NCBI GenBank assembly: GCA_964016885.1
Contig: OZ024743.1
Span: forward strand, 324,260,001 to 324,324,000
Reading direction: 5' to 3'
Source of the DNA: Eledone cirrhosa
Lineage: Eukaryota
Length of the DNA stretch: 64,000 nucleotides
Position 1 is the stretch's first letter; the number at the start of each line of letters is the position of its first letter. The position numbers and the translations under genes are program-made. The notes below the pieces were generated by a model. That model did no database searches. It was given only the letters and a program-made list of their open reading frames with translations, and was not told the DNA's origin. Shown here piece by piece: positions 11,691 through 25,941 of this stretch.

Positions 11691-14600
11691 GGGGTGGTGG
11701 TGGTGGTGATAAGAGTGGGGTTGTTATTGGTGGTGGTGGCAGTGGAGTTGTTATTGGTGGTGGTGGTGGTGACAGTGGGGTTCTTATTGGTGGTGGTGGT
11801 GGTGGTGGCAGTGGAGTTGTTATTGGTGGTGGTGGTGGTGACAGTGGGGTTGTTATTGGTGGTGGTGGTGGTGGTGGTAGTGGCAGTGGAGTTGTTATTG
11901 GTGGTGGTGGTGGTGGTGGTGGAGGTGTTATTGGTGGTGGTGACAGTGGGGTTGTTATTGGTGGTGGTGGTGGTGGTGGCAGTGGAGTTGTTATTGGTGG
12001 TGGTGGTGGTGGCAGTGGAGTTGTTATTGGTGGTGGTGGTGGTGGCAGTGGAGTTGTTATTGGTGGTGGTGGTGGTGGTAGTGGCAGTGGAGTTGTTATT
12101 GGTGGTGGTGGTGGTGGCAGTGGAGTTGTTATTGGTGGTGGTGGTGGTGGTGGTGGCAGTGGAGTTGTTATTGGTGGTGGTGGTGGTGGTGGCAGTGGAG
12201 TTGTTATTGGTGGTGGTGGTGGTGGTAGCAGTGGAGTTGTTATTGGTGGTGGTGGTGGTGACAGTGGGGTTGTTATTGGTGGTGGTGGTGGTGGCAGTGG
12301 AGTTGTTATTGGTGGTGGTGGTGGTGGTGGCAGTGGAGTTGTTATTGGTGGTGGTGGTGGTGGCAGTGGAGTTGTTATTGGTGGTGGTGGTGGTGACAGT
12401 GGGGTTGTTATTGGTGGTGGTGGTGGTGGTGGCAGTGGAGTTGTTATTGGTGGTGGTGGTGGTGGTGGCAGTGGAGTTGTTATTGGTGGTGGTGGTGGTG
12501 GTAGCAGTGGAGTTGTTATTGGTGGTGGTGGTGGTGACAGTGGGGTTGTTATTGGTGGTGGTGGTGGTGGCAGTGGAGTTGTTATTGGTGGTGGTGGTGG
12601 TGGCAGTGGAGTTGTTATTGGTGGTGGTGGTGGTGGTGGCAGTGGAGTTGTTATTGGTGGTGGTGGTGGTGGTGGCAGTGGAGTTGTTATTGGTGGTGGT
12701 GGTGGTGGTGGCAGTGGAGTTGTTATTGGTGGTGGTGGTGGTGGCAGTGGAGTTGTTATTGGTGGTGGTGGTGGTGGCAGTGGAGTTGTTATTGGTGGTG
12801 GTGGTGGTGACAGTGGGGTTGTTATTGGTGGTGGTGGTGGTGGCAGTGGAGTTGTTATTGGTGGTGGTGGTGGTGGCAGTGGAGTTGTTATTGGTGGTGG
12901 TGGTGGTGGCAGTGGAGTTGTTATTGGTGGTGGTGGTGGTGACAGTGGAGTTGTTATTGGTGGTGGTGGTGGTGGTGGCAGTGGAGTTGTTATTGGTGGT
13001 GGTGGTGGTGGTGGCAGTGGAGTTGTTATTGGTGGTGGTGGTGGTGGTGGCAGTGGAGTTGTTATTGGTGGTGGTGGTGGTGGTGACAGTGGGGTTGCTA
13101 TTGGTGGTGGTGGTGGTGACAGTGGGGTTGTTATTGGTGGTGGTGGTGGTGACAGTGGGGTTGTTATTGGTGGTGGTGGTGGTGGCAGTGGAGTTGTTAT
13201 TGGTGGTGGTGGTGGTGGTGGCAGTGGAGTTGTTATTGGTGGTGGTGGTGGCAGTGGAGTTGTTATTGGTGGTGGTGGTGGTGGTGGCAGTGGAGTTGTT
13301 ATTGGTGGTGGTGGTGGTGGTGGCAGTGGAGTTGTTATTGGTGGTGGTGGTGGTGGTGGCAGTGGAGTTGTTATTGGTGGTGGTGGTGGTGGTGGCAGTG
13401 GAGTTGTTATTGGTGGTGGTGCTGGTGGTGGCAGTGGAGTTGTTATTGGTGGTGGTGGTGGTGACAGTGGAGTTGTTATTGGTGGTGGTGGTGGTGGTGG
13501 TGGTGGCAGTGGAGTTGTTATTGGTGGTGGTGGTGGCAGTGGAGTTGTTATTGGTGGTGGTGGTGGTGGTGGCAGTGGAGTTGTTATTGGTGGTGGTGGT
13601 GGTGGTGGCAGTGGAGTTGTTATTGGTGGTGGTGCTGGTGGTGGCAGTGGAGTTGTTATTGGTGGTGGTGGTGGTGACAGTGGAGTTGTTATTGGTGGTG
13701 GTGGTGGTGGTGGTGGTGGCAGTGGAGTTGTTATTGGTGGTGGTGCTGGTGGTGGCAGTGGAGTTGTTATTGGTGGTGGTGGTGGTGACAGTGGAGTTGT
13801 TATTGGTGGTGGTGGTGGTGGTGGTGGTGGCAGTGGAGTTGTTATTGGTGGTGGTGGTGGTGGTGGCAGTGGAGTTGTTATTGGTGGTGGTGGTGGTGGT
13901 GGCAGTGGAGTTGTTATTGGTGGTGGTGGTGGTGGTGGCAGTGGAGTTGTTATTGGTGGTGGTGGTGGTGGTGGCAGTGGAGTTGTTATTGGTGGTGGTG
14001 GTGGTGGCAGTGGAGTTGTTATTGGTGGTGGTGGTGGTAACAGTGGAGTTGTTATTGGTGGTGGTGGTGGTGGTGGTGGTGGCAGTGGAGTTGTTATTGG
14101 TGGTGGTGGTGGCAGTGGAGTTGTTATTGGTGGTGGTGGTGGTGGTGGCAGTGGAGTTGTTATTGGTGGTGGTGGTGGTGGTGGCAGTGGAGTTGTTATT
14201 GGTGGTGGTGGTGGTGGTGGCAGTGGAGTTGTTATTGGTGGTGGTGGTGGTGGCAGTGGAGTTGTTATTGGTGGTGGTGGTGGTGACAGTGGAGTTGTTA
14301 TTGGTGGTGGTGGTGGTGGTGGTGGTGGCAGTGGAGTTGTTATTGGTGGTGGTGGTGGCAGTGGAGTTGTTATTGGTGGTGGTGGTGGTGGCAGTGGGGT
14401 TGTTATTGGTGGTGGTGGTGGTGGTGGCAGTGGAGTTGTTATTGGTGGTGGTGGTGGTGGTGGCAGTGGAGTTGTTATTGGTGGTGGTGGTGGTGACAGT
14501 GGGGTTGTTATTGGTGGTGGTGGTGGTGGCAGTGGAGTTGTTATTGGTGGTGGTGGTGGCAGTGGAGTTGTTATTGGTGGTGGTGGTGGTGGTGGCAGTG

Positions 14601-16850
14601 GAGTTGTTATTGGTGGTGGTGGTGGTGGCAGTGGAGTTGTTATTGGTGGTGGTGGTGGTGGTGGCAGTGGAGTTGTTATTGGTGGTGGTGGTGGTGGTGG
14701 TGGCAGTGGAGTTGTTATTGGTGGTGGTGGTGGTGGCAGTGGAGTTGTTATTGGTGGTGGTGGTGGTGGTGGCAGTGGAGTTGTTATTGGTGGTGGTGGT
14801 GGCAGTGGAGTTGTTATTGGTGGTGGTGGTGGTGGCAGTGGAGTTGTTATTGGTGGTGGTGGTGGTGGCAGTGGAGTTGTTATTGGTGGTGGTGGTGGTG
14901 GTGGCAGTGGAGTTGTTATTGGTGGTGGTGGTGGTGGTGGCAGTGGAGTTGTTATTGGTGGTGGTGGTGGTGGCAGTGGAGTTGTTATTGGTGGTGGTGG
15001 TGGTGGCAGTGGAGTTGTTATTGGTGGTGGTGGTGGTGGTGGCAGTGGAGTTGTTATTGGTGGTGGTGGTGGTGGTGGCAGTGGAGTTGTTATTGGTGGT
15101 GGTGGTGGTGGCAGTGGAGTTGTTATTGGTGGTGGTGGTGGTGGCAGTGGAGTTGTTATTGGTGGTGGTGGTGGTGGTGGCAGTGGAGTTGTTATTGGTG
15201 GTGGTGGTGGTGGTGGCAGTGGAGTTGTTATTGGTGGTGGTGGTGGTGGCAGTGGAGTTGTTATTGGTGGTGGTGGTGGTGGTGGCAGTGGAGTTGTTAT
15301 TGGTGGTGGTGGTGGCAGTGGAGTTGTTATTGGTGGTGGTGGTGGCAGTGGAGTTGTTATTGGTGGTGGTGGTGGTGGTGACAGTGGAGTTGTTATTGGT
15401 GGTGGTGGTGGTGGCAGTGGAGTTGTTATTGGTGGTGGTGGTGGTGGTGGTAGTGGCAGTGGAGTTGTTATTGGTGGTGGTGGTGGTGGAGTTGTTATTG
15501 GTGGTGGTGGTGGTGGCAGTGGAGTTGTTATTGGTGGTGGTGGTGGTGGCAGTGGAGTTGTTATTGGTGGTGGTGGTGGTGGCAGTGGAGTTGTTATTGG
15601 TGGTGGTGGTGGTGGTGGCAGTGGAGTTGTTATTGGTGGTGGTGGTGGTGGTGGCAGTGGAGTTGTTATTGGTGGTGGTGGTGGTGGTGGTGGTGGGGTT
15701 GTTATTGGTGGTGCTAGTGGTGGTGGCAGTGGGGTTGTTATTGGTGGTGGTGGTGGTGGTGGCAGTGGAGTTGTTATTGGTGGTGGTGGTGGTGGTGGCA
15801 GTGGAGTTGTTATTGGTGGTGGTGGTGGTGACAGTGGAGTTGTTATTGGTGGTGGTGGTGGTGACAGTGGAGTTGTTATTGGTGGTGGTGGTGGTGGTGG
15901 CAGTGGAGTTGTTATTGGTGGTGGTGGTGGTGGTGGTAGTGGCAGTGGAGTTGTTATTGGTGGTGGTGGTGGTGGTGGTGGTGGCAGTGGAGTTGTTATT
16001 GGTGGTGGTGGTGGTGGTGGCAGTGGAGTTGTTATTGGTGGTGGTGGTGGTGGTGGTGGTGGTGGTGGCAGTGGAGTTGTTATTGGTGGTGGTGGTGGTG
16101 GTGGTGGTGGCAGTGGTGGTGTTGGCAGTGGAGTTGTTATTGGTGGTGGTGGTGGCAGTGGAGGTGTTATTGGTGGTGGTGCTGGTGGTGGTGGTGGCAG
16201 TGGAGGTGTTATTGGTGGTGGTGCTGGTGGTGGTGGTGGCAGTGGAGTTGTTATTGGTGGTGGTGGTGGTGGTGGTGGTGGCAGTGGAGGTGTTATTGGT
16301 GGTGGTGGTGGTGGTGGTGGAGTTGTTATTGGTGGTGGTGGTGGTGGTGGTGGTGGTGGTGGCAGTGGAGGTGTTATTGGTGGTGGTGCTGGTGGTGGTG
16401 GTGGTGGTGGCAGTGGAGGTGTTATTGGTGGTGGTGGTGGTGGTGGCAGTGGAGGTGTTATTGGTGGTGGTGCTGGTGGTGGTGGTGGCAGTGGAGTTGT
16501 TATTGGTGGTGGTGGTGGTGGTGGCAGTGGAGTTGTTATTGGTGGTGTTGGTGGTGGTGGCAGTGGAGGTGTTATTGGTGGTGGTGGTGGTGGTGGAGGT
16601 GTTATTGTTGGTGGTGGTGGTGGTGGAGGTGGTGGTGGTGGTGGTGGTGGCAGTGGAGGTGTTATTGGTGGTGGTGGTGGTGGTGGCAGTGGAGGTGTTA
16701 TTGGTGGTGGTGGTGGAAGTGGAGTTGTTATTGGTGGTGGTGGTGGTGGTGGTGGAGGTGTTATTGGTGGTGTTGTTGGTACCGTTGTTGTAGTTATTGG
16801 TGTTGGTGTTACTGTTATTGTTATTGATGGTGGTGGTGGTGGTGGTGCTG
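11691..16850. repeat. 5.1-kb minisatellite, unit (GGT)n-GGC/GAC-AGT-GGA-GTT-GTT-ATT, roughly 30-45 bp
   Basis: Direct reading; unit length varies only by whole GGT triplets; more degenerate toward 16.1-16.85 kb. Confidence 0.95.
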
Positions 16851-16859
16851 TTCTTGTTC

Positions 16860-17330
16860 TATAGCTGCTCTTGTTACTGCTGTTGTTGTTGTTGTTGTTA
16901 CTGCTACTGCTGTCTGTTACTGCTGCTGTTGTTGTTGTTATTGTTACTACTGTCTGTAGTTGCTGTTATTGTTGTTACTACTTTTGTCTTTTTTGCTGCT
17001 GTTGTTACCGTTAATGTTGTTGTTGTTGTTGTTACTGTTGTTGTTTTTGTTGTTGTTGTTGTTACTGTTGTTGTTGTTGTTACTGGTGTTACTGTCGTTA
17101 CTGCTACTGTTGTTGCTGTTGTTACTGTTGTTACTGTTGTTGTTGTGTTACTGCAGCTGTTGTTTCTGTTATTGCTGTTACTGCTGCTGTCTTTTTTGTT
17201 GCTGCTGTTACTGCTGCTGTTACTGTTGTTGTTGTTGTTACTGTTGTTGTTGTTGTTACTGTTGTTGTTACTGTTGTTGTTACTGTTGTTGTTGTTACTG
17301 TTGTTGTTACTGCTGTACTGTGCTGCTACC
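16860..17330. repeat. Degenerate (GTT/ACT/GCT)n trinucleotide tract
   Basis: Direct reading. Confidence 0.9.
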
Positions 17331-18352
17331 AACTCGGCAGACAGTTAGATGCAACTGGTGATGCATTGACAAATATATTGATCAAACACACATACATACA
17401 TACACACACATACACACACACGCCCACCCACTTAGAAACACACGCACACATGCATGTAAACATGTTGACATCACATACACAAACATGCGCACATACACAT
17501 ACAATATGCACATAGACATACATGTACACACACACCCATACACACACATTAAATGCACATATAACACACACACACACACAAAATAAATACACATAGACAC
17601 ACATGGGTGTGTGTGAGTGTGTGTGCGTTGAACCTCTGTTGGTTCAGATTATAAGTGTTCCAGTTGTTCAAACAATAGAACAGCCTGATTGGAAAATTAA
17701 TGTGCAAGTGGCTGAGCATTCCATAGACACATGACCCATGGAAGTAGTTTCTCAGGGAGAGTCAGTGTACTAAAGTGTCTGACAAGTCCGACCTTTTGAA
17801 TTACAGGTACACTTGTGAGCTCAACACATCATCATCGTCATCATTTAATGTCTATTTTCAATGCTAGCATGGGTTAGACAATTTTGTCCCATTTGAGGCA
17901 AGTTTGGTTGGGTGACCCTGTCTCGCTCGTATAGCAGGAATTGAACCCACAACCTTATAATTGTGAAAGGAACATCCTAACCACTAAGCCATACACCTTG
18001 ACACACACACACACGCATACTACGTACATGTGCACACACACACACACATATAGTATGTACATGTATACACACACACATATAGTACACACACATATTACAG
18101 TGTAGAATTCACAAATAGATGGTGTAGAAGAAAATGATAGCTAATATAAATGAAGAATATCATAAAAAATGAAAAAGAAATTAATAAAGGGACAAGACAC
18201 AGAATTGTGAATAATTAATTGTGGTGGTGGTGGTAGTAGTAGTAAGAGCAGCAGCAGTAGATGCTGGCAATTTGTCTCTCATACATACATATATGTGTGT
18301 ATATATATATGTGTATATGTATATATGTGTGTATATGTATATATGTGTGTGC

Positions 18353-18383
<31 letters not shown>

Positions 18384-18417
18384 TACATATATGTAGGTAT
18401 ATATATACATGAGTGTA

Positions 18418-18450
<33 letters not shown>

Positions 18451-18473
18451 GTATATGTGTATTTATATATATG

Positions 18474-18512
<39 letters not shown>

Positions 18513-18577
18513 GTGTGTGTGTGTATATGTATACATATATATAATTTATTTATATATATATTATTTGTGTGTATATA

Positions 18578-18616
<39 letters not shown>

Positions 18617-18919
18617 CAGAGGCGGGGGGGAGGTACATTAACACAAAAAAACAGTCACATAGGACTGTGGAAAGCAATAAGGAACAAAATGAAAATACCG
18701 AAAAATACCCTCACCCCTCCCCTGCTTCCTGCCACACACATAAAAGAGCCTCTCTCTCCACTCCCCCACAAACAAGAAAGTGGTCCCTCCTCTACCTGAC
18801 CCCCGCCTATACCCCACACAAAAAAAAACAAATACATAGGAACATCAGAAATTGAGGAGAATACAAATTGTTGTTTTGTTCTGATTTCATTGATTTCTCT
18901 GACATCAGTCTGTATGTGA

Positions 18920-19860
<941 letters not shown>

Positions 19861-19965
19861 ATCATCATCGTTTAATGTCTATCTTCCACGCTAGCATGGG
19901 TTATATATATGTGTGTGTATACATATATATATATATAAATATATGTATATATATACATATATGTG

Positions 19966-21395
19966 TCATCATCATCACCGTTTTATGTCCGTTCTTCCAC
20001 GCTGGCATGGGTTAGACGGGTTGTCCTGTTGTAGGCAATGTCCGGTCGGCTGACCTTGTCTTGCTCATACAGGAACTGATTCTGGCTTGATTTCTACAGC
20101 TGGATGCCCTTCCTAACACCAACCTCATTTACAGTGAGTGCTGGGTACTTTTTTTTCCATAGCACCTCCACGTCCACTTTACAGTGTGGGCTGGGTGCTT
20201 TTTTGCCGTGGCACCTCCACTTTCAGTGGGAGGGTGTGATAGCATATTGTCTATAGGCTTCAGCTTCGGCTTGTACCTGTGGGGAGTCAGGTCTTCTGTA
20301 TAACTGCGTGATGCCAGAGGTCACGGTCGTGTGTCATCGCCTTTGAGAGGTGTAATTGGGTAAGGTCGGTTTTTATCACAGGTCTTCTTGGGTCTCCCCA
20401 CTCCATGGTTTCCATCGATTTCTAGTGCTCTGCACCTTTTTATGCAGCTGTCATCCTTCATACGCATCACATGTCCATACCAACGCAACCGCCTCTCCTG
20501 CACACAGCATTTGATTCCTCTTTTGCTCAGTCTCTCTCTCAATTCATTAATGCTTTGCCGTTCACATATATTACTATTACACATCCATCGGAGCATGCAG
20601 GCTTCGTTTTTTTCTAATCTACACAAGTCTTCCACAGACAGCGCCCAGGCCTCACTACCATGTAACATTGATGTTCGTATACACACATCATATAGTCTGC
20701 CTTTCATTTTGAGGGAAAAGCCTTTTGCAGCTAGCAGTGGCAGTAGCTCCCTGAACTTCTTCCATCCCGTTCTTTCCCTAGTTATTGTACTTTCCGAACA
20801 CCCACCTCCACTGCTAATTTGGTCACCTAGGTAGCAGAAACTGTCTACTGTTTCTACAGAGCCCTCCCAGAGTTTGGTGGTACTTGTTTCCTGTGGCTGT
20901 TTGCTGCTTGCTGTCCCAGCACAGCTGCACATGTGAAGCCTACATTCTTAGTTAAACTTCCTGAGATCCCGCTACATCTCTTGTGTACCCATTGTTTGCA
21001 TTTGGGGCAGAGAATGGAGTTCCTACCTACACCTTTCCTACATACTGAGCAAGGCCAATTCCCTGAGGGATCTGGGTTCTGTTTTCTCGTCTACTTACAA
21101 GGACCTTAGTCTTTGTCAGGTTGACTTTGAGACCCTTTCTTTCTAGTCCCTGCTTCCAAGTTTGGAATTTCTCCTCTAGTTCTACCATAGATTCAGCTAT
21201 AAGTGCAAGGTCATCAGCATACAGGAGTTCCCATGGGCATCCGGTCTTAAACTCCTCCGTTATTGCCTGCAGGACTATGATGAACAGGAGAGGGCTAAGA
21301 ACAGAGCCCTGGCGGACACTGACCTGTACGCTAAATTCCTCGCTATACTCATTGATAATCCTAACTTTGCTGACTGCTCCCCTATACATGGCTTG
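19966..21395 (-). mobile_element. 5'-truncated RTE LINE (RT domain, Cys-rich finger, 3' UTR)
   Basis: ORFs 21027-21446 ([17 protein letters not shown]) and 20321-20932 (RLRWYGHVMR..GRPKKT); 3' UTR ends in (GAT)n. Confidence 0.92.
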
Positions 21396-21559
21396 TGTGT
21401 GTATATATATATATAAATATATAAATATATATATGTGTGTATACATATATATATAAATATATGTATATATATATATATTTGTGTATATATATAAATATGT
21501 ATGTGTGTATACATATATATATACATATATTTATAAATATATATGTGTGTGTGTGTGTC

Positions 21560-21608
<49 letters not shown>

Positions 21609-21612
<4 letters not shown>

Positions 21613-22171
21613 GCTTATTATTACTGTTATTTGCTTCTCCAATTATGCCCCAAATCCGAAGATTTCATTTAAACCCTCTCACTAACTACCCCATTTGTTT
21701 TTCTAAAACAACAATCTTGTTTGTTTAATTTTGGCCGAAAAATTCTAGGTTTTATAAAATAGCCTCATTGTCCCTCTTATTCTTTACACCCGGCCCCACT
21801 ATATCATATTACGCGCCGGCTAGTTCACCCTTTCAATCACTCCCTTCTCTCACCAAATATAAATAAACCTGTTACGAGGTACGAATCTCAGAATTTGTCA
21901 ACACTTATTAATGGTCAGACCCCATCGTTCCCTGCGAAGTATAATGTAAATGCTATTTTTCTTATCTCTCTCCAGCCTATCGGTCCATTCATTCATATAT
22001 CGGTATCTTTTGCTCTCTCTCAATGCTATTCTATAATTCTGTCTGGTTGTTTCTAAATAATCTTCTTGTATTTTAAAACCCCATTATTCGCTTATTATTA
22101 CTGTTATATGCTTCTACAATTATGACCAAAATCCGAAGATTTCATTTAAACCCTCTCACTAACTACCCCAT
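21609..22171. repeat. ~560-bp segment bounded by ~85-bp direct repeats
   Basis: ATTCGCTTATTATTACTGTTA...CTAACTACCCCA at 21609-21693 and again at ~22086-22170. Confidence 0.8.
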
Positions 22172-22236
22172 ACCCCACTCTCCACCATTATTATTAGGAC
22201 CAATCATAAGTCAGCGGACTATGCTATCACTTCTGG

Positions 22237-25200
22237 TTGCTTGCCGATATGATGGATGGACTATGGAATTCTGGAGAGTCTGAAAAATCTGGACACTCAG
22301 TGACAATACTAAAGATAAAGACAAATTCGCCACATGCTGCCAGACGAAAAGACAATGACTCCTCTTTGTTTCGGCCGCGGATGGCCAACATAATCCCAAC
22401 CCCATCCCCCACACCCCTCCCCGCGCCCCACTGTTCCCACCCACCAAACGCAATCCAAAACTTCAGAGTTGGTACCATGAATGTAGGCACCTTAAAAGGT
22501 CGCTCTAACGAGGTTGTAGAAATGCTTGAACGTAAGGAGGTTGATGTTTGCTGTATCCAAGAGACCAGGTGGAGAGGTGGGTCTGCTATATTCGTTGTGG
22601 GTAAAAAACGATGCTATAAGCTTTTCTGGGTGGGAAATGAAAATGGGCTGGGTGGGGTAGGAATCTTGTTAGCAGAAAAATGGGTAGATAAGATAATAGA
22701 CATAAATAGAGTGAACGACAGAATAATTAAAATAAGACTTGTCCTAAATAGAACTACTGTGACAGTAATATCTGCATATGCACGCCAAACCGGACTGCCT
22801 GGCGTTATAAAAGACAGATTCTATGAGACATTGATGCTCACTACCTCCCAAATAACCGACAGTGACTACGTAATTATTGCTGGCGACCTAAATGGTTCAC
22901 GTTGGACAACATTGTGACGGCTATGACGGAATCCATGGAGGCTATGGATTTGGTACTAGAAATGAGGAAGGCTCCAGAATCCTGGAATTCTGCGATGCAA
23001 ATAACCTAACTATCTGTAACACTAACTTCAAAAAACGAGACAATCACTTGATCACCTATAGGTCAGGGGAACACGCCAGTCAGATAGATTATATCCTTAC
23101 CAGAAGACGTGATAGAGTGTCTGTTGTAAACACTAAATCCCTCCCCCATGAAGAATGCACCTCCCAACATAGACTCATAGTCAGCGACCTCATAGTCAGG
23201 ACAAGACGTACTCGACAACAGAGGAGGACTATCCTCAGGAGAAAATATGGAAGTAAAGGACTCCACAACCAGTAATAAATTTAAAAGCATATTACTTGAT
23301 GCTTTCGACAGTAAGGAAGAGCAATTAGAGTCGTACAATATAGAGGAACAGTGGGAATTCTTGAAAGCTAACTTGCTGAAGGCGGCAGATGAAGTTTGTG
23401 GCTGGAGCAGGCCTATAGGCAGGAGGAGAGTAACGTGGTGGTGGAATAGTAAGGTGGAGGAGTCAATTAAGGCCAAAAAGCAGGCTTGGAAAGTATGGCG
23501 GGATGGGGGAAGTAGAGAAGACTATCAAGTGGCCAGGAGGGAAGCTAGGAGACAAGTGTACTTCACAAGAAGGGAAGCAGAGGACAGAAAGTTCAAGCAT
23601 GTTCTACAACGCGAGGACCAAAAACGTGAGGTGTTCAGGATTGCTAGGCAATGTGTCAAGGAAAACCGTGATATTGTCGGAGAGAAGTGTGTCCTTAATG
23701 ATGATGGTGTACTTGCCATCACTGATGCTGATAAGAAGGCAATCAAAGATATGAAGACGGGTAAGGCGGCCGGGCCTTCGGAAATAGTTGCTGAAATGCT
23801 GAAAGCATCTGGAACGGTGGGACACACTATGGTCACCCGGATAGTAAACCAAGTCATACAGAATGGGGCCATTCCGAAGGACTGGCGTAGCAGCATCATC
23901 ATTAACTGCTACAAGGGTAAAGGAGATGCTCTTGATAGGGGTAACTATAGAGGCATTAAATTAATCGACCAGGTCATGAAGGTCACAGAAAAAGTAATAG
24001 CGCAACTAATCAGAGAACAAATTGATCTAGATGAAATGCAGTTCGGGTTTGTGTCAGGTAAAAGTACAACAGACGCTCTTTTCATTGTATGACAACTACA
24101 AGTGAAGTACCTAGCTAAAAGTAAACCCTTATACTTAGCTTTTGTTGACTTGGAGAAAGCCTTTGACAGAGTCCCCCGCTTCATTATCTGGTGGGCACTT
24201 AGAAAACTAGGTGTTGATGAATGGCTTGTGAGAGCTATACAAGCCATGTATAAAGAAACAGTCAGCAAGGTTAGAATTAACAACGAATATAGTGAAGAGT
24301 TTAGCTTAAAGGTTGGTGTTCATCAGGGCTCCGTCCTTAGCCCCCTCCTATTTATTATTGCCCTTCAGGCTATAACAGAGGAGTTCAAGACCGGCTGCCC
24401 ATGGGAACTCCTATATGCAGATGATCTAACGCTCATAGCTGAATCAATGGCTGAACTTGAGAAGAAATTCCAAACATGGAAGCATGGCCTAGAATCAAAA
24501 GGCCTTAAAGTTAATTTGTCTAAGACTAAAGTTCTAGTTTGTAGGAAGGAAAATAGGGCACCGGTCCCATCTGGGAAATGGCCATGCTCAGTGTGTAGGA
24601 AAGGAGTAGGCGGAAACTCCATTTTATGTCCCAAATGCAAAGTATGGGTGCATAAAAGATGTAGTGGGATCACAGGTAAGCTAACTAAGAATATAGATTT
24701 TATATGTGGCTGGTGTTCTGGTGCAATAAGTAGCAGCAAGTGCCCACAGAATACTAGCTCATTCCATTGCACAGATGGTACTATAGAAATAGTGGGCACC
24801 TTCCATTACGTGGGTGACAAAATCAGCAGTCGGAGAGGGTGCTCTGAAAGTACAGTAGCTAGAGTCAGAACGGGATGGAAAAAGTTCAGAGAGCTTATAC
24901 CACTATTGGCCGCTAAAGGGTTCTCTCTAAAAATGAAAGGCAGGCTGTATGATGCCTGCATACGAACAGCAATGTTACATGGCAGTGAGACCTGGGCATT
25001 GTGTGCAGAGAATATACGCAGACTGGAGAGAAACGAAGCTTGCATGCTCCGCTGGATGTGTAATAGTAATATACGTGAACGGCAAAGCATAAACGAACTA
25101 AGGGAGAAATTAGGAATAAGAGGGATCAGATGTTGTTTACTCGAGAGAAGACTATGTTTGTACGGTCACGTGACGCGCATGAAAGACAGCTGTATAAAAA

Positions 25201-25740
25201 AGTGCAGGGCGATAAAAATAGACGGTAGCCACGGAGTAGGCAGACCCAGAAAAACCTGGGACGACTTGATAAATTCCGACCTCACACACTTACACCTCTC
25301 CAAGACAATGTCACTGGACCGAGATCTTTGGTGCTACACAGTCATACAGAAGACCCGCCTTGCCTAAGTACAAAGCAAAACCTACAGTCAGTAGGCACCT
25401 CTAACAAAATAACCCCCCCCCCCCGTCCCACTACCCCCACCCCATTAAATGTGAAGTTATGTTGGTAACACAACATCCAGTCCGAAACAAATGAGGTTGT
25501 GTAGGTGTCACAACAAAAAAAACACAGTCCACGCTGTAATGTGGCCATGTAGGTAACATGGTAAAAACCTCCCAGTCCACACTGTAAACGTGGTTGGTGT
25601 TAGGAAGAGCATCCAGCCGTAGAAAACCCGCCAGACAGTCCTATACGAGCAGGACAACAAATCTTGCCTCAAGTGGGAAACCTCCCGTCCAAACCCATGC
25701 AAGCGTGGAAGATGGACGTTAAACGATGATGATGATGATA
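22237..25740 (+). mobile_element. Near full-length, inactivated RTE-clade non-LTR retrotransposon (APE endonuclease plus RT)
   Basis: APE motifs TMNVGTL, CIQETRW, GDLNG, SQIDYIL, SQHRL; RT motifs YKGKGD..NYRGI, FVDLEKAFD, HQGSVLSP, YADD; frameshifts near 22905 and 23245, stop at ~24090; (GAT)n tail. Confidence 0.95.
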
Positions 25741-25880
25741 TAAGCAAAGGGGATATTCAATTTGTTGGTAATTCAACAAATATATATGTTTATAACTGAT
25801 TCAAAGCACTCGACAAGTTTTCTGGAGTATAATATTCAATGATATTAAATAAATGGAAACTATATTTATAAAACCATATT

Positions 25881-25941
25881 TATTCTTTTATATATATTTC
25901 AAGGGTACCAAAACTTTGGTACGCTCTCATCAGATAAAATA
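25881..25941 (-). ncRNA. Minimal type-I hammerhead motif (family 1)
   Basis: Minus strand: TATTTTAT-CTGATGA-gagcgtaccaaagttttggtaccctt-GAAA-TATATA-TA-AAAGAATA; partial inverted copy at 26081-26116. Confidence 0.7.

Noticed and set aside
11694-16793. 1699-aa poly-Val/Leu ORF as a membrane protein
   Set aside because: Alternative frame of the GGT minisatellite; no ATG start and no sequence complexity
20388-25090. ORFs antisense to the RTE copies
   Set aside because: Shadow frames of the RT coding sequence
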